Positions 1 to 10,615 of a stretch of DNA of 64,000 nucleotides are shown piece by piece. The stretch is from NCBI GenBank assembly GCA_964016885.1, contig OZ024740.1, positions 30,504,001-30,568,000 of the forward strand, in the 5' to 3' direction. The notes under the pieces are model-generated. The model did not search any database. It was not told the origin of the DNA and was given only the letters and a program-made list of their open reading frames with translations. The position numbers and the translations under genes are program-made. The DNA is from Eledone cirrhosa. Lineage: Eukaryota. The first letter of the stretch is position 1. Every line of letters starts with the position of its first letter.

Positions 1-108
1 AATGTTTACAATACAATAAAATGTAATAAAATGTATTGAAGTCGACGAAATGTGGACCTTCATTTTTGAAAGATGGATAATGCTATAAGCAGACCTTACA
101 ATATTGTA

Positions 109-335
109 CCACAATTTTCCTTTGTGCAAAAGTGGGCAGCCGAATTTAGGAAAGGATAGGGGATTCTTGAAGATGACCCAATGTCTGGACGTCCTACAAC
201 TGCCACTACCGAGGAAAACATTGATCTCAGTACTGCAACACCGATGGAAGAAGTGTGTGGAACGCAAGGGAGACTATGTTGAAAAATAAACCTCATTTGG
301 TCACATTCCATGAGAGCATCTTTGTCAACCCTCGT
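109..335 (+). mobile_element. Internally deleted Tc1/mariner transposase remnant
   Basis: 121-228 reads FVQKWAAEFRKG*GILEDDPMSGRPTTATTEENID (mariner N-terminal HTH region). It joins in another frame directly to VLQHRWKKCVERKGDYVEK* (typical mariner C-terminus). The DDD catalytic domain is missing. Confidence 0.85.
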
Positions 336-371
336 ATCTATGCGCAATATACGTAAAGATACAGAATTGCG

Positions 372-788
372 GGCACTACAACGCTATTAGCTGTCATATT
401 TGTCAGTGAAAAAAATTTGATTATAAAACTTAAATTTATGAATGACTTGTTTTCTACATTGATAACCATGACTTGTTTTCTAATTAACTTAAATTTGTTT
501 TCTAATTTGGCCCTTTTAAGGGCCACCTATATTTTCATTTAAGTAACTCCACTTACATCGATATGCTTTATAACCATCACTTGTTTTCTATTTGTTTTCT
601 AATTTAGCCCTTTTAAGTCTTCCCTCTCTCTCTCTTCCCTATCTCTCCTCTTCCCTCTCTCTCTAAAAAAAAAAACGCGTGAAAACTCCACTTACGCGTG
701 GTAGTAATACGGAAATAAACGATGTTGACGAGTGACGTCACCTTCGCCTGTTTTCCACTGGACTGACAGCTAATAGCGTTGTAGTGCC
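372..788. mobile_element. MITE-like element with 25-bp terminal inverted repeats
   Basis: GGCACTACAACGCTATTAGCTGTCA at 372-396 and its exact reverse complement at 764-788. Non-coding interior; no clear TSD. Confidence 0.75.
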
Positions 789-986
789 GCAGCTTTTATC
801 AGGAGTTTATCTTTAACACTGTGTTACGTTTGAAATGAGTTATAGGTTTCTTTTGTCAAAACACAAGGGGAAACTTTCATAAAATACAAAGAGGGTTCTA
901 GGAAGTTAGAGACAATTACCCATTAAAATATATATATATATATGCGATATTAAACAAATGGAAACTATATTTATAAAACCATATTT

Positions 987-1050
987 ATTTCATTATATAT
1001 ATTTCAGGGATATCATATTAAAAATATGGTATGCCTTCCTCAGACAAAAT
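987..1050 (-). ncRNA. Minimal type-I hammerhead ribozyme, family A (PLE pLTR)
   Basis: Minus strand: ATTTTGT-CTGAGGA-stem II-GAAA-TATATA-TA-ATGAAAT. Stem I has 7 bp including GU pairs; stem III has 2 bp with a palindromic AUAU loop. Confidence 0.8.
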
Positions 1051-1797
1051 ACAATATATAAACCGTTTTATAAATAAATTTGACATACCTTAAAACAGTG
1101 CAACTTCCATTTAAAAAGTTGATTTGGTAGTGAAAATGCTAAGGACAGTTAGAAAGAAAGACGAAGAGAAAAAAGAAAAAAAGAAGAGAAGAAGAAAGAA
1201 AGTGTATAGTGCTAAGGACAGTTAGAGAAGAAGATGAAGAGATGTATGTAAAGAAAAACAACAGAGCGAGATAGAGAGAGAAAGAGATATGGGAGAGAGA
1301 AATATATTGAGGAAGTGAAAAATGATAGGCAGCTTTGGGACAGATGATCAGCGTACAAATGAGAGATTAAGGAGGGAAGGGGGTACTGTAATAATTTATT
1401 TATTTATTTATTTAGTTATAGTGTTAAGGATACGGAGAGAAATAAAAATAAAAATAAAAATAAAAGGGCAAGAATATTATTATTAATATTAATGTATATT
1501 TTATGTCTATATATATATGTATGTACATATATGTATGGTGGAATCTTTTGTAACGCAATGAAGCTTTTCATGAAAAATATGAATTTACAGAGCCGATCAC
1601 GTAAATTCACATGTGTGTCTATAATTGTCAACTTGAATTTGAGATAACCTTCTCTTTTCTCTTTTTCTTTTTTCATGAAAATACATATATACTTATGTAT
1701 TTCAGTATTTTTGAAGTTTTATCTCAGATTTTGCTTATAAACCTAAGAATTTTTAAACTAAACATGGGGTCATTATTTTTTTCATTTTTTTTAAATA

Positions 1798-2396
1798 AGA
1801 TATAATGGTTATTGAGGCGGTTTGTATATTTTATCATTCTGTCTGCTTCTTGGTTAAATATTTCAAACAAATGTTGTTTTTCAACCCTTGTAATTTTAGA
1901 CACACGGTTTACTGTGTTTCTTACTATATATTATTAATCGGCTCAGTATTTATATTTATATTTATACTTGGAGCTTAATAGTTACAGGGTTCCAATTGAG
2001 TTTTAACTCTAATTTTCATATATATTTCTGCTCCCTCACAAGTTGAGCTTATTAAGTTGTGTGTGTTGGACTGTTGTTTCTATTCAATACACGCTTACCA
2101 CGTTTGACTGGCGGAGCACGAGGTGATAAATTCATCTTTCTGTGTGAACGTTGGCAAATAGTGTTTGTGGCATTTAATCAGATTCTCTCGCTGATGAAGC
2201 CCAGGATTATCTGTTACAAACACACTCAGGGCGAAACAGATAAGGGATAATCTGTCCGAGAGATATAATGGTTATTGAGGCGGTTTGTATATTTTATCAT
2301 TCTGTCTGCTTCTTGGTTAAATATTTCAAACAAATGTGGTTTTTCAACCCTTGTAATTTTAGACACACGGTTTACTGTGTTTCTTACTATATATTA
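1798..2396 (+). mobile_element. Partial tandem PLE pLTR / retrozyme-like unit (463-bp period, 136-bp direct repeat)
   Basis: 1798-1933 is repeated at 2261-2396 with one mismatch seen. The hammerhead at 2184-2263 lies immediately before the second copy. Confidence 0.7.
2184..2263 (+). ncRNA. Type-I hammerhead ribozyme, family D, GUC cleavage site
   Basis: TCTCTCG-CTGATGA-A-GCCC...GGGC-GAAA-CAGAT...ATCTG-TC-CGAGAGA. Perfect 7-bp stem I, 4-bp stem II and long stem III; predicted cleavage after C2256. Confidence 0.88.
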
Positions 2397-2454
2397 TATA
2401 TAGTATATATAAATTACAAATATTAACAAAACAGATATTCTTGTGATCAATAAA

Positions 2455-2519
2455 ATGTTATTATACATATTTTAGAGGTACTGAATTAAGTTCAACAGTA
2501 CGTCCTCATCAGATAAAAT
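2455..2519 (-). ncRNA. Degenerate hammerhead, family A (GAAA mutated to AAAA)
   Basis: Minus strand: ATTTTAT-CTGATGA-GGACGTAC...GTACCTCT-AAAA-TATGTA-TA-ATAACAT. Homologous to 16851-16916. Confidence 0.6.
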
Positions 2520-2775
2520 AAAATGATACATGACATATCCTGACATTGTAGATGGTTAAGATTTAATCAAGGTAGTGATTAATTTATGAGAAAACTCAAT
2601 ATTTATACCCTAATATTGAGAACATGAGAGAACGTAATAGATCCAATAGAGGGAGTGTGAGTAATATATTTCAAGAAATACATGGCATCAATGTAACAGT
2701 TATAGAAAAAACTACTATAGAAATATGCTCGTTGAATCTTGTTAAACTCTTAAATATATATATATATATATTGGT

Positions 2776-2912
2776 ATAACAAAGAGGGTGTGGTAAGATA
2801 CCAGATGGACCATAACGCACCAGAGTACTCAATACTTAGGGTAGTAGAGTGGGTAATAGGAAAAGAGTCGGGACCCCGACGACTGAGCTCCGGCCATTTC
2901 GACAGCTAGATC
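2776..2912 (-). mobile_element. (TA)n-anchored PLE-like terminal fragment, family F (half hammerhead)
   Basis: Homologous to 19474-19606 and 22936-23045. Carries GAAA-stem III-GTC-GGGGTC but is truncated before the CUGANGA box; flanked by (TA)n. Confidence 0.6.
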
Positions 2913-2913
2913 C

Positions 2914-2951
<38 letters not shown>

Positions 2952-3194
2952 TGTCCTTAGAATTATTAGATAAAATATATACCATTTCCTCTACCAATTA
3001 GCATAATTAACCATATAAAAAATCAATTAGACCAGGCTATAAGAATAAAGGCTCCTATGAAGAAATATTTGATAAATAACCGAAAGCGGCCTCTTCGCGG
3101 TGACCTCAATAGAGTATTTACCCAACATTTCAACAGCATGTAGAAACTGACTAAATATACCGTCAACCATACACAATTAGGTGTATATATATAT

Positions 3195-3452
3195 ATTGGT
3201 TTTGTCTTTGCGTGTAATTGTTTTTCACCGCTCTTATTAATGACGTATTATATTCGTTTTTTCCCGTTCTTTGGCAGGGAACGTTTCCACGAACCAAAGT
3301 ATCGTCTTCCTGTCTTCCTCCGGTTGCAATGTTTTTTGAAATATCCACTTCTGCGTTTACAGATTGACTTTGTTAGTTTCAGAAGATCCCGTTAAGGGTG
3401 AAAGCAGCGATTCTTTGCTTAAACTTTAATCTGTTATTGTAATAAATATATA
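3195..3452 (+). mobile_element. PLE pseudo-LTR, family E
   Basis: Near-identical to 16402-16650, 14060-14230 and the reverse complement of 14783-15135. Confidence 0.75.
3359..3434 (+). ncRNA. Hammerhead-fold motif with variant core CAGAAGA, family E
   Basis: ACAGATTGA-(bulge CTTTGTT)-AGTTT-CAGAAGA-TCCC-GTTAA-GGGT-GAAA-GCA...TGC-TT-AAACT-TTAATCTGT. All three stems pair. Confidence 0.7.
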
Positions 3453-3547
3453 TGCAATTAGGGGAGTGTTCCGAGATCTTGTTGAGGAGAGGGCCTTTGG
3501 CGAATAGAATCTCATTGTGGTTATCCCCGACTCAACCCGGGACCTAC

Positions 3548-3548
<1 letters not shown>

Positions 3549-3645
<97 letters not shown>

Positions 3646-3651
3646 ATATAT
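3549..3651. repeat. (TA)n microsatellite
   Basis: Directly visible; one of more than 20 (TA)n tracts in 1-26 kb. Confidence 0.98.
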
Positions 3652-3786
3652 GCAGAGGTTATATTTAATTTGTTGGGATTCAACAAGCTTAAACATTTTT
3701 ATAACTGATATAAAGCACTCAACAGCTTAGTGGAGTAAATATTCAATATATTAATAAATGGAAACTATATTTATAAAACCATAATT

Positions 3787-3850
3787 ATTTTATTATATAT
3801 ATTTCAAGGGTAACCAAGGCAAATTTTGGTGCGCTTTCATCAGATAAAAT
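3787..3850 (-). ncRNA. Minimal type-I hammerhead ribozyme, family A
   Basis: Minus strand: ATTTTAT-CTGATGA-AAGCGCACCA...TGGTTACCCTT-GAAA-TATATA-TA-ATAAAAT. Perfect stem I. Confidence 0.85.
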
Positions 3851-3913
3851 ACAAATTTGTTTTATAAATATTGACATACCGGCATAAAGACAACCTTAAC
3901 GGTTGAGGTTCGC

Positions 3914-3944
<31 letters not shown>

Positions 3945-4015
3945 ATGTATTTATATATATGTGTGTGTATGTGTATGTATATATATATATATATACATAT
4001 ATGTGTGTGTGTATG

Positions 4016-4058
<43 letters not shown>

Positions 4059-4222
4059 GTGTGTGTATGTATGTATATATGTGTGTATGTATATATATGT
4101 GTGTGTATGTATGTATATATATGTGTGTATGTATGTATATATATGTATGTATATATTTGTGTGTGTATGTATGTACATATATATGTGTGTAAGTATGTGT
4201 GTGTGTGTGTGTGTACACACGT
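3914..4222. repeat. Compound (TA)/(TG)/(TATG) microsatellite
   Basis: Directly visible. Confidence 0.95.
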
Positions 4223-5080
4223 GATTTAACGTGTAATTGTCTCTAACATAGATATAACACACAGAGCGTTATTTTCCATTTCTTTTGCAGAAAATTAATA
4301 TTATCTGAGGTAAATTTATAAAACAAGTAAGAAAAGCACTCTAATGTCTTTCAATAATTAAATTAATGACAGAGTTATATTTTGTAAATATGTATTTATT
4401 ATATATGTTTATATATGTTTATATTTTCATTCTAAAATAATTGTGAACAACTTGTAATATTATTTTTACAACTGCGAATAAAATTTTCATCAGAGTTTCA
4501 ATGTCATTTATTAATAATAAGACGTTTATACATAATATTAAGTTTCCCCATTCTCTCAGTTAAAGTATATATAAGAAACTAAACGAGTAAATGACAGTAG
4601 ATTAGGAGTAAACAGGCCTTACCTTTGACCGACGACAAATATGTTATGTAATGAGTGACTGATCGTCTGTGTTGATATACATATAGGTGAAGGAAAGGGT
4701 GATAGCGAGATAGTATCTTACGTAGATGTGTATTGATATGTGTGTGTGTGTGTGTGTTACTTACGAAGTTCTTTTATGTCGGCAAAGTGAAACTAATATA
4801 AATGAATGAAAGAGCCATTTGGTTGTTTAGAAGGAACAGCGTGTGCTACTTGTAAACATGTATATATATATATGCCAATGTGTATGAGTGCGCTTATGTG
4901 TTATGTGTATGTGTGTTCGCGTACTAAGACTTAAGTGACTGTTTACTTTCTGAATGTCAAACTAACGCATTTAAAAGTAATTTAGAGTTACCTCCCCTAG
5001 ATTAACGGAAGTGGACGGAAATTTTTTTCGTAAATTTGTAGATCTATACCCGTCCCGCATTCGATGAGAAATAATTATTT

Positions 5081-5269
5081 GGGTTGTTTGGCAGTATCGG
5101 TAGAGCGTCAGAAAACATGCTTTACAGCATAGAGTTATCACCCTTTACGTTCTGAGTTCAAATCTCGCCGAGGTTAAGTTTTCCTTTCATCCTTACGGGG
5201 GTCGATAAAATAAAGTACCAGTAATACACTGAAATTATTGATGGCCTTGTGCCAAAAGTAGAAACAATT
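5081..5269 (+). mobile_element. tRNA-derived SINE (cephalopod-type)
   Basis: A-box-like TGGCAGTATCGGTAGAGCG and B-box-like GAGTTCAAATCTC, a body containing GGGGTCGATAAAATAAAGTACCAGT, and a GAAACAAT tail. Homologous copies at 14982-15070 and 26384-26852. Confidence 0.85.
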
Positions 5270-5356
5270 AGTTTTCCTATTTTTTTTTTTTTTTGTGTTT
5301 TCAACGAATCTAACCTCAGCAATGGGAGGAAATCTCAGTTGGTGTCGAATTTCACT

Positions 5357-5496
5357 ACACACATACACACATACACACACACACGCATACACATACACAC
5401 ACATACATGCACACACATATACGTACATACATATACACATACATACACACACGCGCACACATAAACACATTCACACACATACACATACACACACAT
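5357..5496. repeat. Degenerate (CA)n/(CATA)n microsatellite
   Basis: Directly visible. Confidence 0.9.
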
Positions 5497-5504
5497 GTAT
5501 GTAT

Positions 5505-6325
5505 TTTTTTTTTTTTTTTCAACATGAAAGAAGAGTTTTATTTGTTAAAATACAACACCTGCACAAATTATTTAATTACAAAAGTATTTCATATAAAAAC
5601 ATAGAATCAAAACAAAAGAAACTATTAAGTCAACACCAAGTGAGTCAATCGGTCCCACACCATAAGGGGTGGTGGAGTCTACCTCTAATACCTTTTTAAG
5701 CAAGCCAACACACCCGCAGCATTACCGTGGGTGATAGTGAGGCTAAGACGTTGGAATAACCAAGCACCCTCACGGGCATCACCCGACACCTCAATAAGGC
5801 GAACCGCCAGAGATGACAAGAATTTCGTTGTCAGCGGCCCAGCACCCACAAACGTCCCGAAAACCACAGGCTGAAAAAAATATTTTGTCGATAATTCCCG
5901 GTATTTAAAAATGTTATCCCGTTCGGCTACGGAAGTTGTGACCTTCACATTTACCGCAGCTTCCAGGATGTGGGAAGGAGCAAAGGAGTCAATGACTGTT
6001 GTATTCCAAATGAGATATCTAATTCTGGACAGTCCAACCAGCTCCAGAATTGAGGGGATATTCACCGGAGCCAGGGCCTGCTTCATAATTAAGTCTAACT
6101 TGGTATGGCGAGCGAAACGACAACCATTCAGGCGGCAAGACAAACCATGGAGACAGACTGATAGGGAGATACATACATAAATCTAAGTGTCACCTGCTTT
6201 CCGTGAACGCAATATTCTTGGTTGACTGGGTTGATGCCCTCCCCGTGGCCAACATTGGTGGGCTACTCAGTCTGGATAAGTTCCGCATCTCCATTGCACT
6301 CAGAGTGAGTGTCGATGCCTGCGGG
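5505..6325 (-). mobile_element. 5'-truncated CRE-clade non-LTR retrotransposon (RLE domain) with an inverted 5' segment
   Basis: Minus-strand ORF 5685-6143: HGLSC...RH..L...QALAPVNIPSILE...FQPVVFGTFV...WLFQRLSLTITHGNAA (CRE restriction-like endonuclease region). Poly(A) at 5505-5519 on the minus strand. The upstream motif DWVDALPVANIGGLLSLDKFRISIALRV lies on the plus strand at 6190-6325. Confidence 0.85.
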
Positions 6326-6489
6326 TGACTGAAACATCTACAAGACCGGTAAAATAAGCTTAAAAAGCATGTTTATCTATTTTACCTGGACTGGCAAAGT
6401 GGCCTTTCGAACTTTTTATGCACCAGATTTAATTGACTTTTCCTTCCCCTAAAAATGTTTAAGCCTTGTTCCTAAAATCAGAAACTAAT

Positions 6490-6850
6490 ATTAATTTTCT
6501 AATCCATGGCTGTGATTCTGGTGGCTAGCAAGATCGATTTTTGGATTTTTGCAAAAAAAATTTGTCCACACAGATCACAGCTGATTGTCAATGGAGGCCT
6601 TGGCTGGTGTTGGAAAATATTTCGTCGCAGCTTTTTTATCCTCCACAATTCTCCGGTGATTTTCCTCAAAGTGTTCTGCACTGATCTTAATAAGATGACG
6701 TTATGGTGGTCTATCGTCTGCGCGTTATTCCCAGGACTTGAGGTCGATGTTGGTGTTCTTCATCAGCTATTTCAATTGGTCTTTGCAGCATTGCATGATG
6801 TGGCTGCATGATCTTTTGCCTGTGATAAGTTGACTGTAGAGGATCAGATG
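6490..6850 (-). mobile_element. RTE (BovB-like) LINE 3' fragment, decayed
   Basis: Minus strand reads GKRS...KDQLK*LMKNTNIDLKSWE*RADDRPP*RHLIKISAEHFEEN, then CDLCGQIFFAKI (C-terminal zinc finger typical of RTE-BovB). Confidence 0.75.
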
Positions 6851-7259
6851 TGGTCGTCTGATCCTATATATACATCGGACCTGACCTGTCCATCTCCATA
6901 CACACACGCGCACACACACACACACACACGCGTGTTGACCAATGAAAACAAAAGGCGAAATTTAGTGCCTAATCTTTTAACTTGTTTTACGATCGTTTCA
7001 GAATGTTGATTGATCATGATAAATCGATGGATTCAGTTGATAGCCGGATCAGTCAAACACGTGACAGTAGATATCCGACATAAACCTCCAGATCAGCATT
7101 GCTCGGACACTGAACCAATGCCTGTAGGACGATTTCGTGTCTGCAGAGTTTATTTCGAACTGGCAAATTCCCCGGTAGCACTGCCAGGTCAGGCCAGGGA
7201 TTTCTCGAAGTTATCCATTAACCCTACACCAAAAGTTCAACGGAAGAGAGTGTCCCAGT

Positions 7260-8495
7260 GCTAGTCTTCGCATACCCGGGTCTCCCAAAGAACCTCATCG
7301 CTTTTCCTCACCTCTAATCCTATATAAAACTCCAAGGTGGAGTTTCCACCGATCACAATTCCCAACTGGCTGAGGAAACACGTGTCTGGTGAAAAGCGAC
7401 CTCACCTGTTCACTGTCAAGGAAATGCTGGAGATGTCGTAGTTTCAGCGCTTGTTTGTACATCATCAGCCACGGCATGCCAACTCGCCACACAGTGGATG
7501 GTCAGTCTAACTACTGGAAGACGTCGTTCCTACAAAACGCATAAGAGTAGGTGTGCCAGTGCAACCAGACGTGGACCGGGGTATGGCATGAAGGTCAGGC
7601 GATAGTAGATGACGAACCTGATGTACGCGTTCACCACCTCTGCCTGATATTTCCCACGGCTGCAGCTCAGTCAAGGAGACGAGCTGAGGAAAGACCTGTC
7701 TCACAAACGGCGACCATACCTGTTCATCGTTTAGAAATATCTGAAGGATGCGATGTACACGCGCATTCGCCACTCCTACCCTATCTTAACCGACGGCGCT
7801 GTTGAACGCCATGGATTTGCCTCTCTAAGTGCCGAGCTGCAAACCCAACGACTTTTCGAGGCTGGTCTTTGTTTTCATAACTTTTCATATTCCTCTAAGA
7901 AGTTGCGGACCACCTCGATTTCCTAGGGTTTTGACACCATCACGGTGACGTCATTGACATATGACAATGAAGTCCTTCCAAGTCCTGGTTCGATTGAGAT
8001 GCCCTGCAACAGCTCCAGCTTCCGCAGTAGTGGTTCGTGAGTCTACGTACAGAAGGGAAGAGAGAGAACATCTTTGCCGGTTTGAGCAAATGATCTGGAA
8101 CGGTTCCGAAGGCTTAGACCACCGGACCGATACCGCAGTGCATTGCAGGGATCCAGCCTCTGGAGGCGGGACCGAAGGCGGGACAGAAGGTGGCTGCTTT
8201 GAGGACAGTCTCGAGGTATCGATGGTCAACCCTATCAAAAGTTGTCGATTGATTTAAATTTATCAGAGCCCCACCGAAGCCTGGTTTAATCCCTACCTTC
8301 TCTATGAGGTCTCGCATGTGATGGAGGTTGTGTATAGACCTGGTCAGGATTGTGCACGTTTACGGCTTCCCCTGCAACAGTTTAGACGACAAGCGCCAAC
8401 TTCGTTGCTAGCATCTTCGCCAAAATCTTAAACTCTGTGATTAGGAGAGTTATGGGTCGGGAATTATCGATAACGTCCGCCTTTAAGTTGATAGT
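7260..8495 (-). mobile_element. Tx1/L1-clade LINE ORF2 remnant (reverse transcriptase), frameshifted
   Basis: Minus-strand fragments NYRPITLL..FKILAK, LINLNQSTTFDRVDHRYL, a RQGCPLSPLLY-like segment, YVNDVT (from YADD) and GMPWLMM...LRHL. Confidence 0.85.
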
Positions 8496-8649
8496 GTTTC
8501 GCAGTGTTGCTTATACTTTTCAAGAATTCCTTGCTAATGTGGTTTCATGTGGTACAGGATGTTAAAATTTAATGTGATGCAGTCATAATGTAAGAAAATG
8601 GGGCCCGTTCTCGTCTTTACTCATCAGCCATACTACACCCCGACATACA

Positions 8650-8870
8650 GAGCTGGGAAATCTCTGTTCTGCTACCAGGTTTGCGGTCGTGCTCTTGGCA
8701 GTGGAGACTTCTGGTGACCTTGGCCCTAGGGCTACCTTCCTACATACCACCATAGGCGCTGAGCTGGCCAGCCGCAGGTGTGAGCCTCGCGAAATGGAAT
8801 GGCTCTCCCAACGCATCTCCCTTACCATCCTCCGGGGAAACGCTTTCTCCATTCTGTCTTCCGGATCTGT
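8650..8870 (+). mobile_element. Second CRE-clade RLE C-terminal fragment
   Basis: LAVETSGDLGPRATFLHTTIGAELASRRCEPREMEWLSQRISLTILRGNAFSIL, homologous to the end of the 5685-6143 ORF. Confidence 0.8.
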
Positions 8871-9213
8871 GGGGCGACCAGCACGCGGGACCCCATTTTC
8901 TCACCATATAGAGAGATGGGGAGGGCGAGAGAGATGGGCAATGACAGTGGGAGTTCGGCTCTTCGTGTTCGGACACATTGGTAAGCACTTGGAATTTGGT
9001 TTGTTTCTGGTTGCCCATCAACTGATAACCCAACCTTCTGGTAGTTTGCTGCATGGACTGTTCTTTATTTTTGCTCCCAGTTGTAGTAGACACCTTAGAA
9101 GTAATCGGAAAACAAGTCTTGAATGTCTATGTAAAACTTATAAGGAAGAGCAACCAAACCGAGCGATTTATGCCCCGTACTGGCACATAGGGTTTCCCGC
9201 ATTTTGGCTGCTG

Positions 9214-9580
9214 TTATCGGCTTTTCGTAGCACTTCGCATCAGCTGCTGAGGGTCGCAACTGTCATTGAGTAGGAACCGTCTACGAAACCCGCTCGCCTC
9301 GAATAGATTTGCACAGTGCCGCTGAAAAGTCGCACACATCTGCTTGGAATCGAGCAACAGCATGCATCCATTTCGGTCAGTCAAAGACCGTATTGTTGTT
9401 TTGTTGCCACGCTGTCCCTCTACCATTTGGGCCAATTGAACAGCTTTAGTTCCTGCATGTTTCGGAATACGTGCCTTAGTTCTGACAATGCAACTGTCGT
9501 GTTTCGCATTAAAGAATTGGTCTAGTGCCACCCTCACAGCTAACACGTCAGTTGCAGCACTACTTTTAATCGCCATTTCT
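9214..9580 (-). mobile_element. Tx1/L1 ORF2 linker fragment between EN and RT
   Basis: ORF 9214-9576 ...CIVRTKARI...GNKTTIRSLTDRNG...MCATFQRHCANLF. Same strand as, and upstream of, the 7260-8495 RT. Confidence 0.7.
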
Positions 9581-9595
9581 AATTTAGGTACATAC

Positions 9596-10378
9596 TAGCA
9601 GAATGTCCCGGCGTTGCTCGGGATTTGCTCTAGGGTTCTTATATATTTGATATATATTTATCCTTATCGAGCCTCGTGAAATAAATACGTTTGTTTATAT
9701 TTTGTTATTGTGTATGCAAAAAATCTGTACACGAATATATAATTATATATACACACACTATATATACATATATACATACACACACAGCTACGTCATAATG
9801 TCGTAATGCAGACAATCAGACATACAGACAGATATTATAAGGATGCAACGTTATATATCTGTATCTATCTAAAAGGAGAAAGACTAAGAATTATAGAGAG
9901 AGATCGCTAAATCGCCTAATGCGGTCCCTAGGGCATTGAAAATTTGAAATATTATTTGCTCAAAACACTCACAGGACCATAAGTATTACATGTGTAAAGT
10001 TTGAAAACAATCGGTTGGGTGGTTCTCGAGTTTTAGTGATCGGACAGACAGACAGACATTCTCTGTTTTAGATATATAGACTAGCAGAAAATCATCCGGG
10101 GCGGTTTTCTGCTAGTCTATATATCTAAAACAGAGAATGTCTGTCTGTCTGTCCGATCACTAAAACTTGAGAACCATCCAACCGATTGTTTTCAAACTTT
10201 AAACATGTAATACTTATGGTCCTGTGAGTGTTTTGAGCAAAAATGCCCTAGGGACCGCATTAGGCGATTTAGCGTTCTCTCTATATAATTCTTAGTCTTT
10301 CTTTTTAGATAGATACATAGATATAACGTTGCGCCCTTATAATATCTGTCTGTATGTCTGCATTACGTCATTATGACG
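9596..10378. mobile_element. Non-autonomous Helitron with inverted duplication (about 290-bp arms)
   Basis: The minus-strand copy starts with TC (about 10080) and ends with hairpin CCCGAGCAACGCCGGG then CTGCTAG followed by T (9596). About 9790-10091 and 10105-10378 are reverse complements with small indels. Confidence 0.75.
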
Positions 10379-10615
10379 CGCTCAGCGCGATTCCCTCGGC
10401 CTGAGTGACCAAAGTCAGTGGAGAGGGGAAGGTAATGTTTCTGTAGCATGTGTTTTAGCGTCTATTCACTCTCTCTCTCTCTCTCTCTCCCTCCCGCTAT
10501 CCCCCTCTCGTAGTCTGTCTCTTTCTTTCACTCTGACTCTCTCTCTACGCACGTGTTTCCACTGTCGGACAGACAGACAGAGAAATTGCTGGTTATATAT
10601 ATAAGTAGATAAATA

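Noticed and set aside
5081-5170. tRNA gene
   Set aside because: A and B boxes are present but there is no cloverleaf; the sequence continues into a SINE body found in several copies.
8689-9273. 194-aa ORF as a host gene
   Set aside because: The first 60 or so residues are a CRE RLE fragment; the rest has no recognisable features and runs antisense into the Tx1 remnant.
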